NCBI GenBank assembly: GCA_965249575.1
Contig: OZ252244.1
Location: forward strand, 3,680,001 to 3,744,000
Length of the DNA stretch: 64,000 nt
Direction of reading: 5' to 3'
Origin: Gemmatimonadales bacterium
GTDB taxonomy: Bacteria > Gemmatimonadota > Gemmatimonadetes > Gemmatimonadales > GWC2-71-9
The position numbers and the translations under genes were made by a program. The notes under the pieces were generated by a model. It was not told where the DNA came from. It searched no databases and saw only the letters and a program-made list of their open reading frames with translations. This document shows positions 28,965 through 36,883 of the stretch, in pieces; position 1 is the first letter of the stretch, and each line of letters begins with the position of its first letter.

Positions 28965-30395
28965 CTACATCCCGACCCAGACGGATTTCACTTCTGTATA
29001 TCCATCGAGCGCCTCACGTCCAAGGTCTCGGCCGAACCCACTTGCCTTGTACCCCCCGAATGGCGCCGAGGCATCATAGAAATTGTACGTGTTGATCCAA
29101 ACCGTGCCGGCCCGTACGGCCCGCGCTACGCGATGCGCCTTTTGCACGTCTTTTGTCCAGATGCCGGCGGCGAGGCCATAAATCGTGCGGTTGGCGAGGT
29201 CGATCCCCTCGTCGACGCCGTCGAACGTGAGCACGGACAAGACCGGCCCGAATATCTCCTCGTCGACGATCCTCATTCCAGGGGCGGCGCCGTCGAAGAC
29301 CGTCGCCTCGACATAGTAGCCCTTGCCGTTCACTTGTGCGGCGTTGCCGCCGGCCACCAAGCTCGCCTCCTTCTTGCCCGACTCGATGTAGGACATCACC
29401 GTTTCCTGCTGCCGCTTGGAGACGACGGCGCCCAGCTTGGTGGTCTTTTCGAGCGGATCACCGGGAGTGAGCTTGCGTGCTCGGGCTGCGAGCTCCTCGA
29501 CGACCTGGTCGTGAACCGAGCGCTCGACCAGCAGGCGCGAGCCCGCCGCGCACACCTCGCCTTTCCCGTAGAAGATTCCATTCTGCGCGCCTCGGACAGC
29601 CGATTTGAGGTCGGCGTCAGCGAAGATGATGTTGGGACTCTTGCCGCCGAGCTCGAGGGAGACGCGTTTGAGCGTGTCCACGCCGTCGCGCATGATCTGT
29701 TTGCCGACTTCGGTCGATCCGGTGAACGCGATCTTGTCCACCTGGGGGTGCTGCACCAGTGTGCGGCCGGTGGTGGATCCGCTGCCGGGGATGACGTTGA
29801 ACGCACCGGGTGGGAAACCCGCCTCGAGCATGATCTCCGCCATCGCCAGCGCTGTCAGCGGCGTCTCGGTGGCCGGCTTGAGGATCACGGTGCACCCGGC
29901 CGCGAGGGCCGGAGCGAATTTCCAGCTGGCGAGGTTGAGCGGGAAGTTCCATGGCACGATGGCGCCCACGACGCCGACCGGCTCGCGCAGCGTGTAGATG
30001 AAGTGCGGGCCGTTGGATGGGAGCGTAGTGCCGGTGAGCTTGTCGGCCCACCCCGCGTAGTATCGGAGCGTCTGCACGGCCATCGCCACGTCGATCTTCG
30101 ATTCGAATAGTGGCTTGCCGTTCTGGAGCGTCTCGAGCTTCGCCATCTCGTTGCGCCCCTGCTCCAGGAGGTCACCGGCTCGGTAGAGCATCTCGCCTCG
30201 CTTGCGCGCGGCGAGCGATTGCCACTCGGCGCTCTCGAAGCAGGTGCGGGCGGAGGTGACTGCCTGGTCGACGTCGCTGTCGGCCGCAAAGGCGACCTCA
30301 GCGAGTACCTCCTCGGTGGCCGGATTGGTCACCTCGAAGCGCTTGCCCCCTCCCGGCGCGCGCCACTCGTTGGCGATGAAGAGATCGGTCTTCAC
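28965..30395 (-). CDS. Aldehyde dehydrogenase
   Basis: PWNFP, FTGSTEVG, LELGGKSP, GEVCAAG, EEIFGPV and FGGYKASG motifs. Confidence 0.92.
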   Translation of the reverse strand: MKTDLFIANEWRAPGGGKRFEVTNPATEEVLAEVAFAADSDVDQAVTSARTCFESAEWQSLAARKRGEMLYRAGDLLEQGRNEMAKLETLQNGKPLFESKIDVAMAVQTLRYYAGWADKLTGTTLPSNGPHFIYTLREPVGVVGAIVPWNFPLNLASWKFAPALAAGCTVILKPATETPLTALAMAEIMLEAGFPPGAFNVIPGSGSTTGRTLVQHPQVDKIAFTGSTEVGKQIMRDGVDTLKRVSLELGGKSPNIIFADADLKSAVRGAQNGIFYGKGEVCAAGSRLLVERSVHDQVVEELAARARKLTPGDPLEKTTKLGAVVSKRQQETVMSYIESGKKEASLVAGGNAAQVNGKGYYVEATVFDGAAPGMRIVDEEIFGPVLSVLTFDGVDEGIDLANRTIYGLAAGIWTKDVQKAHRVARAVRAGTVWINTYNFYDASAPFGGYKASGFGRDLGREALDGYTEVKSVWVGM

Positions 30396-31234
30396 TAGGT
30401 TCCCTTGAACGCAGCCATGCGCTTTTCGACATAAGCGGCCAGTCCCTCTTTCGCGTCATCACTCTGGAAGAGCTGTTGCTGCAACTCCCGCTCGATGGCG
30501 AGTCCGCTCTCGAATGGAACTTCCAGTCCCGAGCACACCGCTCGCTTGATCAGTCCCACGGCCTTTGAGGCCTTGTTGGGCGGGCAGAACTGCTTCGCGT
30601 AGAGCAGCACCTGCTCCCAGAACGAATCGCGCGAGAACACCTCGTTGACGAGCCCGAGCTCCTGCGCCTTCTCGAAGGAGAACGTCTCGCCCTTGATCAT
30701 CATCTCGATCGCTCGCGACTTCCCGACGATCCGGGAAAGGCGCTGCGTTCCCCCGGTGCCGGGAAGCACGCCCAGGTTCACCTCCGGGAGCCCGATCTTG
30801 CCGGCGTCTTTCGCGGCGAGCCTGATGTCGCAGGCCATCGCAATCTCGAGTCCCCCACCGACCGTATGGCCGTTCAGCGCGGCGATCGAAAGCTTGGGCG
30901 TGTGCTCGAGCCGGTTTAGGGTCTCGTTCGCGTGCAGGCAGAAGAAGTACTTGAACCGCGGCGCCACCTCGGAGAGCATCTTGATGTTCGCGCCCGCGGA
31001 GAAGAATTTCTCGCCCTTGCCGCGCAGCAGGATCACGTGCACGCTGTCGTCCATCCGGGCTTCGAGAATCGCCTCGTCGAGCTGGCGGTTCATTGCGTAG
31101 GTGTAGGTATTCGCCGGCGGGTCGTTGAGCTCGAGGATGGCGAGCCCGTCTTCGACCCGGTACTCGACCAGGCGTTCAACTCCGCTCTTGGCGGCCTTCG
31201 TGTTCTTCGTTTTCGGGGTCGCGGTGGTTGCCAT
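30395..31234 (-). CDS. Single-domain crotonase resembling the N-terminal domain of BoxC
   Basis: FFSAGANIKML..FKYFFCLHANETLNRLE, GGGLEIA and LPEVNLGVLPGTGG motifs. Confidence 0.7.
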   Translation of the reverse strand: MATTATPKTKNTKAAKSGVERLVEYRVEDGLAILELNDPPANTYTYAMNRQLDEAILEARMDDSVHVILLRGKGEKFFSAGANIKMLSEVAPRFKYFFCLHANETLNRLEHTPKLSIAALNGHTVGGGLEIAMACDIRLAAKDAGKIGLPEVNLGVLPGTGGTQRLSRIVGKSRAIEMMIKGETFSFEKAQELGLVNEVFSRDSFWEQVLLYAKQFCPPNKASKAVGLIKRAVCSGLEVPFESGLAIERELQQQLFQSDDAKEGLAAYVEKRMAAFKGT

Positions 31235-31240
31235 GGTGGG

Positions 31241-31840
31241 TCAGTCTCCTTGGGGGACGGAAAAGGGAGAGGGCGCCGTCAGGCCGTCGAGAAACAGCCT
31301 CGCGAACTGATCCGCAAGCTGTTCGGGTGGTACCGGGCCTGCCGGATCGTACCAGTTGTATATCCAGTTCATCATGCCGAAGAGCGCGTAGGCGGCGAGC
31401 CGGCCGTCCAATCGCACGTCGCCCTCGACGGCAGCGATGATCCCGAACAGCAATTCGACGTACCGGCGCTTGAGCGCGTTGATCTCGGCGAGCGGCGCGC
31501 CGCGCAGGCTTTCCGCCTCGTGCGACAGCACTTTCATCTCGTTCTTGTGTCGCGCGAAGAAGGTCACGTGATGGTGGACGAACCGCTCGAGGCGATCCCT
31601 CGGGCCAGTTCCGGCGTCGACGGCGGCCTCGGCACCGGTGATGACTCGCTCGAAGCATCGGCGCTGAATCAGGAACAGCAGCTCGTCCTTGCCGCGCACG
31701 TAGTGGTACATGCCAGCGAGGCTCATCCCCGTTGCGAGAGCCAAACCCCGCATGGTCGTGGGATGGTAGCCCTTTCGGGCGAATTCCTGTGCGGCGATCG
31801 CCAGGAGGTGCTCGAGCCGCTCGTCGTAGGGTTCGGCCAT
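31241..31840 (-). CDS. TetR-family regulator (PaaR/KstR2-like)
   Basis: N-terminal HTH (FARKGYHPTTMRGLA...MYHYVRGKDELL); C-terminal LFGMMNWIYNWY. Confidence 0.88.
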   Translation of the reverse strand: MAEPYDERLEHLLAIAAQEFARKGYHPTTMRGLALATGMSLAGMYHYVRGKDELLFLIQRRCFERVITGAEAAVDAGTGPRDRLERFVHHHVTFFARHKNEMKVLSHEAESLRGAPLAEINALKRRYVELLFGIIAAVEGDVRLDGRLAAYALFGMMNWIYNWYDPAGPVPPEQLADQFARLFLDGLTAPSPFSVPQGD

Positions 31841-31857
31841 TCGAACGTTCGTTCGAA
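31840..31857. promoter_or_regulatory. Palindromic TetR operator TTCGAACG-TT-CGTTCGAA
   Basis: Perfect 8-bp inverted repeat between the -10 element and the start codon of the TetR gene. Confidence 0.8.
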
Positions 31858-31885
31858 AGGTAGACGGAGAGACACAACCGGTCAA
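31857..31885 (-). promoter_or_regulatory. Sigma70 promoter of the TetR/box-like operon
   Basis: TTGACC (31885-31880)-N17-TACCTT (31862-31857). Confidence 0.7.
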
Positions 31886-31905
31886 CCCGACAACTCATGT
31901 CGTGT

Positions 31906-32970
31906 TTACGCCGTTCGGAGACCTCCAACCTCGCTTGGACCAGCAACTGATTGCGGTGTAGGTGCTTGCTGGCTCTCGATGAGGTCCAGATCGGGTGTCA
32001 CGTCGTCGTCGAAGCGGAGCCCGGCGCGGTCGGCCCGGACCGTTCGGGAGTAGAGAGACAATTTCCGATCGGTCAGGAACTTGAACAGCAATCGCGTCCA
32101 GGAGCGGTGAGACACCAGGGTCTCATACCATTCCGGGGCGGTCGACTTGATGCGAGGCAGCCGATTCCAGGGAACAGAGGGGAAGTCGTGGTGCTCGTTG
32201 TGATGGCCGACGTTGAACGCGAGGCGGTTGAGTCCTCCGTAGTACGAGTAAGTCTCCTGCACCTGGTCGACCATGTAATGCCGTTGTATCCAGCGGGCTC
32301 CAAGCGGATGGAGCCCGATTGAGAAGAAGAGTGACGCCACGAGATATACGAACGCCTTCGGGCCCAGAGCCGCGAACACCGCGACGTCGGCGGCCACCAC
32401 GACGACGATATTGAGTACGGTCCAGCGGTCGAAAAGTGCGATCTCCTTCAGCCGAAGCGGCCGGATCATCTGCGCGACGGGAAAGAGCGCGAGCCAGAGC
32501 GCCTTGCCCAGGAACGACCTCCCAACGAGGCGCGCTTCCCAATGACTCGGGAGGTCTGCGTCGAGGTCGTAGATGCCCTGGAAGGCGTGGTGTTTGAGGT
32601 GATACCGTTGAAACGAGATCGCGCTGGGAACGACCTGTGGTAGGTTAGCCACGATCGAAATCAGGGAATTCATCGCCTTGCGCTTGAACACGAGATTGTG
32701 GGCGCAGTCATGGATGAGCACGTACAGCCCGTGATCGGCGAATGCGCCGACGACGTAGGCGACCAGAAACAGCGCCCACCAAGGCCGGTCGGCGACGAAC
32801 GCCGCGGCGCCGAACTGAAGGGTGACGACGACCAAGATGGCGAGGGCCGTGTATGGATTCTTCCCGATCAGGTTGCGGATCTCGGGGTGTTTCTGGAGGA
32901 TGCCTTTGGTTCGCGCGCGATGGGGTTCTGGAGAGCGGCTGATCACGAAGCCCGCCTCGGGTGAGCGCAT
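31906..32970 (-). CDS. Membrane fatty-acid desaturase, sphingolipid delta-4 desaturase (DEGS1/DES)-like
   Basis: EPHRARTKGILQKHPEIRNL N-terminus; His boxes HDCAH, HLKHH and HNEHHDFP; ETYSYYG motif. Confidence 0.8.
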   Translation of the reverse strand: MRSPEAGFVISRSPEPHRARTKGILQKHPEIRNLIGKNPYTALAILVVVTLQFGAAAFVADRPWWALFLVAYVVGAFADHGLYVLIHDCAHNLVFKRKAMNSLISIVANLPQVVPSAISFQRYHLKHHAFQGIYDLDADLPSHWEARLVGRSFLGKALWLALFPVAQMIRPLRLKEIALFDRWTVLNIVVVVAADVAVFAALGPKAFVYLVASLFFSIGLHPLGARWIQRHYMVDQVQETYSYYGGLNRLAFNVGHHNEHHDFPSVPWNRLPRIKSTAPEWYETLVSHRSWTRLLFKFLTDRKLSLYSRTVRADRAGLRFDDDVTPDLDLIESQQAPTPQSVAGPSEVGGLRTA

Positions 32971-33153
32971 GTCTCTTCCTCGTCGGCCCCACAGGGCGCA
33001 GATTGTAAAAGGAACGTGATGTATGGCCGTCTCTGGCCGGCGAATGAACCCTATTTGGCTCCGAGTGCGCGCTCTGTCAACCAAGTGGTCTAGAATCTAG
33101 AATAAAGAAGGCCACAACCATACGAGACTCGGCGGTCTGCGGTTAACGGCGGT

Positions 33154-33738
33154 GTGGCTCGTGCGTCCAACACAAGTGTGACCAGTCCGACCGCGGGTGA
33201 GGGCGCCGTCATCCCGGATGCTGACCTCATCGAGGCCTGGCGCCGCGGGGACGAGTCGGGTGCGGCGGAGCTGGTCAGACGGCACGCGAGCGCGGTTGCG
33301 CGGTTCCTGAGCGCGGCTGGGGGTGGGGACGATGTGGACGATCTGGTCCAGGAGACGTTCTTTAGAGCGTTCCGGGGGATTCACGGGTTCCGGGGAGGGG
33401 CGAGTTTCCGAACCTGGGTCATGGCGATCGGCTCCAATGCTTTAAAGGATGCGCGGCGGCGAGAGGGCCGGCGGCCAAAACTGGCCGCGGAGGTGTACGA
33501 CATTGCGGACCGGTCTAAAGACCCACATGCCGATGTGGAGGGCAGGGACCTGGAACGGAGGTTTCAGGAATGCGTCCAATCGTTGCCGGCAATGCAGCGG
33601 AACGTGTTCCTGATGAGGGCTCAACAGGGCCTGGAATACGACGAGATCGCCGCGGCGCTGCAAACGACGGTTGGAGCGGCGAGGGTGCACTACCAACATG
33701 CCGTGAAGCGGCTGAAGAGGGACATCGACACATCGTAG
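33154..33738 (+). CDS. ECF sigma factor
   Basis: DDLVQETFFRAF, FRTWVMAI and region-4 LEYDEIAAAL motifs; start uncertain. Confidence 0.88.
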   Translation: MARASNTSVTSPTAGEGAVIPDADLIEAWRRGDESGAAELVRRHASAVARFLSAAGGGDDVDDLVQETFFRAFRGIHGFRGGASFRTWVMAIGSNALKDARRREGRRPKLAAEVYDIADRSKDPHADVEGRDLERRFQECVQSLPAMQRNVFLMRAQQGLEYDEIAAALQTTVGAARVHYQHAVKRLKRDIDTS

Positions 33739-33784
33739 TTCACATTGAATATCATGTGAATCAACATGATGTGATGGCAGTTAA

Positions 33785-34180
33785 GTGATAAAAAACCAGC
33801 AACTTAAAGATTTAGCCAAGAAACTCGGCGGTCGGGCCGCCAATCGTCTCGATGTGGACGGAGTGGCGGCTGACGTCGTCCGGCGGCTCGGGGAGAGCCG
33901 ATCTCAACCTGTTCGCCGGCTGCCGCCGCGGCTCCTTCGGGCGGCGGCGATTGCCGCGCTGGTGGTGGGGGTTGGGGTATTCTCGGGTCGCTTGGCCTGG
34001 CGGTCAGGTGGCGAGGGAGTGGCGGCGCTTCCGGAGCTGGATGAGCTTTCGGGGGTCGAGCTCGAGGAGCTGCTCGACTCGATGGTGGTTGCCAGGCCCA
34101 CGTCCGAGGTGCTAGCGGTGGGACTCGACGATCTGGATGAAGTCCAACTCAGCGAGCTGCTCCGCCTGATGGAGGGATGA
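33785..34180 (+). CDS. Putative single-TM anti-sigma factor
   Basis: Follows the ECF gene; one hydrophobic helix (AAAIAALVVGVGVF) and an acidic C-terminus. Confidence 0.55.
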   Translation: MIKNQQLKDLAKKLGGRAANRLDVDGVAADVVRRLGESRSQPVRRLPPRLLRAAAIAALVVGVGVFSGRLAWRSGGEGVAALPELDELSGVELEELLDSMVVARPTSEVLAVGLDDLDEVQLSELLRLMEG

Positions 34181-34674
34181 TGCGCCGACTCTGGATGGTG
34201 GGTTGTCTCCTAGTCGCCACCGCCGGGCCGGTGGCTGCGCAGGACCGACCGAACCGGGAGATGCTCCTCAGGCAGGTGGTCGAGCGGTTCATGGAGAACT
34301 ATCGTGCTCAGGCCGGGCTCACGGACGAGCAGAACGAGCGCTTTCGGGCCGCGCTGCGTCGCTCATTCGAGGAACGGCGCGAGACTCAGCGTGCCGAGCG
34401 GGAGGCGTGGCGGGCGCTCGAGGGCCAGATGCGACCGGGCGTGGCTGCGGATCCCGACAGTCTCGAGGCGCTGATCGGTGCAATCGTCGACGCGCGGGCC
34501 CGATCGATCGAGCAGCTCCGGGCCGAGCTCGACGAGTTTGCGACCTTCCTCAATCCCGTCCAGCGGGCGCAGCTTCTCATTTCCATGGAACGGCTTCAGC
34601 GGAACGCGGAGGAGATCATCCGCCGTCGTTTGGAGCAAGGGGCTCGCAGGGGCGGGGGCCGTCAAAACCGGTAG
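34177..34674 (+). CDS. Secreted Spy/CpxP-like helical protein
   Basis: Signal peptide; LTDEQ and LNPVQRAQ (LTxxQ-like) motifs. Confidence 0.65.
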   Translation: MMRRLWMVGCLLVATAGPVAAQDRPNREMLLRQVVERFMENYRAQAGLTDEQNERFRAALRRSFEERRETQRAEREAWRALEGQMRPGVAADPDSLEALIGAIVDARARSIEQLRAELDEFATFLNPVQRAQLLISMERLQRNAEEIIRRRLEQGARRGGGRQNR

Positions 34675-34785
34675 CAGCCGCCCCAAAACCCCTGCCCGGG
34701 GCTGTTAACCGGATTACGTCACCCGTCGTGGTAGTTGTTGGTTCCCGCCGACGGGTTATCTTCTTCGACCCCATCGTAACGTAAA

Positions 34786-34868
34786 GCCCGAGTGGTGGAA
34801 TGGCAGACACGCGGGACTCAAAATCCCGTGCCGGCAACGGCGTGTGAGTTCGACTCTCACCTCGGGCA
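34786..34868 (+). tRNA. tRNA-Leu(CAA)
   Basis: Acceptor stem GCCCGAG/CTCGGGC; anticodon arm CGGGA-CTCAAAA-TCCCG; long variable arm; TTCGA T-loop; CCA not encoded. Confidence 0.95.
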
Positions 34869-34991
34869 TGGTGCTCCACACGGTGCGGCACTCCGCCACG
34901 GTCTCCCTCCCCCGCTCGCAACGCCCGCGCCAGCGCCCGGATTTACCGGCCAGTCCAACGGCGAGATGCCGCTGGTGCTTGAATTCCGCGT

Positions 34992-36068
34992 CTACTGACC
35001 GGCTGCCGTGACCCTCACGGTGAGTTTCTTGGTGATTCCCTTCGCGTGGTCCATCCCCCACACGGTCACGTCATTCACATCCACATCGAGCGTTGTGCCG
35101 GCTGGGGCATCGAGCTGAATGGTGAGCTTCCCGTCCGGCCCAGTCTCCCCCCGAGCCATGCGCCCGTCTTCCGCGATCGGTTTGTCGCCGTTGGGTGGGT
35201 CCACCCGACCGATCTTGATCTTGGGGTTCCCGTCGAGCCAAATCCACACATCGCGGCCCGGTCGCGGGATATCGGACAGCGCTCCCGACCCGGACAGCCG
35301 CGCAGCCCAGGACATCCACTCCACATCCTCGCTCTCACTGGACCCGATGTCGGCGTCCGCCGGGCCGATCGAGCCTTTCTCTGTCTCGCTGTTGGGGGAG
35401 CTCGGGTTCGTCTCGGTCGTCTCCTCCGGGGTCTCTGGCTGAGTCCACTCCTCCGGCGTTTCGGACCCACCGTCGTCGTCTCCGTCGCAGCCTGTGAGTC
35501 CGAGGAGGACTCCGAACGCGACGATTCCCTTGCCCAACGGTGAAATGGACTGCGTCTCGATCTGCAGGTATTCCCCCTGAGCGGGCAACTCGACCGCTAA
35601 CACGTGGATTTGCTTCTCGTCCTGCGCGGTCCCACTCGCGTCCTCGTTTCCTACACCGACGAGCACGAAGTTCGTGGGACCAGAAGGTTCTCTGGCGGTC
35701 CAGCGTTCGAGATGAATCTCGTTGCAGCCTTCCTCGGTGTTCATCACGAGGAAGCTCACGCTCTGGCCCGGGAGCTCCCGCTGATTCATGCCACGCCCGA
35801 CCAGAAACACGTCGTATCCCATCTGTTTCAGCTCATCGGCTACGTCACGTGACGTGCGTCCTTCGCGTTTCAACCTGAGGAAAGCGTCCCAGCCAGCGCT
35901 CAGGTCGTTGGAGAGCCGCCGCGCGAGAGCTGCGTCCCCGGACTGTTGCTCCACGTACCAGGACACGTACCGTTCGGTCGCCGCCCGCTTATCGGATGAC
36001 CCGGTGCATCCTGCGAAGACGATCGCGGCGACGAGCGAGAGCGTAGCAAGGGATCCGGATGACGACAC
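34992..36068 (-). CDS. Hypothetical lipoprotein with an internal second lipobox-like segment
   Basis: N-terminal VFAG-C lipobox with GGAGG RBS; internal GIVAFGVLLGLTG-C followed by an acidic linker. Confidence 0.6.
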   Translation of the reverse strand: MSSSGSLATLSLVAAIVFAGCTGSSDKRAATERYVSWYVEQQSGDAALARRLSNDLSAGWDAFLRLKREGRTSRDVADELKQMGYDVFLVGRGMNQRELPGQSVSFLVMNTEEGCNEIHLERWTAREPSGPTNFVLVGVGNEDASGTAQDEKQIHVLAVELPAQGEYLQIETQSISPLGKGIVAFGVLLGLTGCDGDDDGGSETPEEWTQPETPEETTETNPSSPNSETEKGSIGPADADIGSSESEDVEWMSWAARLSGSGALSDIPRPGRDVWIWLDGNPKIKIGRVDPPNGDKPIAEDGRMARGETGPDGKLTIQLDAPAGTTLDVDVNDVTVWGMDHAKGITKKLTVRVTAAGQ

Positions 36069-36264
36069 GAAACACCTCCCGGGTGGCTGGTGGGGCCGAG
36101 GTACGATTAGTCGAAGCTTGTGAGCCGCCCGTTCGCCCGCAAGGGCTCAAGGGTTGGGAGGGGAGCACACCCAGAGGACTGTAACCGAACCGGCGATGAG
36201 CTTCCTGACGAGACATGGCGGACCTTGCCCTAGGCGACGCCCGTTTCCCGCGACTCCTGGCAGC

Positions 36265-36294
36265 TTGACACCCAACGCTTCAACATTCTATACT
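36265..36294 (+). promoter_or_regulatory. Near-consensus sigma70 promoter
   Basis: TTGACA-N18-TATACT followed by AAGGAGG RBS at 36306-36312. Confidence 0.7.
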
Positions 36295-36319
36295 CGCGCG
36301 CATCCAAGGAGGGGTGGAA

Positions 36320-36745
36320 ATGAGAACGATGTTACGCGTTTTTGGGGTGACCATGGCACTCGGACTCGGCATCAGTGCATGTGAGAACAGAGACGACGAG
36401 CAGGTTCGTCTCCTAGAGGAGAACCTGCGGGGACTTGAGGCGAGTGTCGTGAGGGGGATGGCGATGTCCGCGGCCGCCGCGGCGCAGTCGTTTCCGGACA
36501 CGATCGACTGCGGATGGGAAGCTACTTACTCCGACACCGTTGCCGCGACGTACAAGGTCCGGAATCGGTGCGAGTTCAGCGCCTATCTCCGATACTATGA
36601 TGCCAGCGGCACCTTCATACGCCAGGAGCGAATCGAAGGTCGGGATTCGTCAACCGCGAGCATCAGCGCCGGAGAATCGCTGAACGTCGTATGTACCCTG
36701 GTGGAGACCGTGCGCAACGAGAAGTGCATAGTGCAGAAGCTCTAG
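36320..36745 (+). CDS. Hypothetical small lipoprotein
   Basis: LGISA-C lipobox, strong RBS and four further Cys. Confidence 0.7.
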   Translation: MRTMLRVFGVTMALGLGISACENRDDEQVRLLEENLRGLEASVVRGMAMSAAAAAQSFPDTIDCGWEATYSDTVAATYKVRNRCEFSAYLRYYDASGTFIRQERIEGRDSSTASISAGESLNVVCTLVETVRNEKCIVQKL

Positions 36746-36883
36746 TGGTCCAGGTCGGCCGGGGCTCACCCGACTCACTTCATCTATCACATCCTCCGGT
36801 CCCGCCCCTTCCGGCCGCCCGAGGCCCGCGGCGTCCCACCTTTTGACTTGAGAACTCGGTCCGCGAGTGGTGGTATCGAACCC

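Noticed and set aside
28290..30110. 606-aa plus-strand ORF, and similar long antisense ORFs such as 56379-57668 and 30932-32053
   Set aside because: They are shadows of well-supported genes on the opposite strand, expected in high-GC DNA, and contain no recognisable motifs.
33089..33103. TCTAGAA tandem/palindrome between the desaturase and ECF genes
   Set aside because: Too short to distinguish an operator from a chance duplication of a -10-like element.
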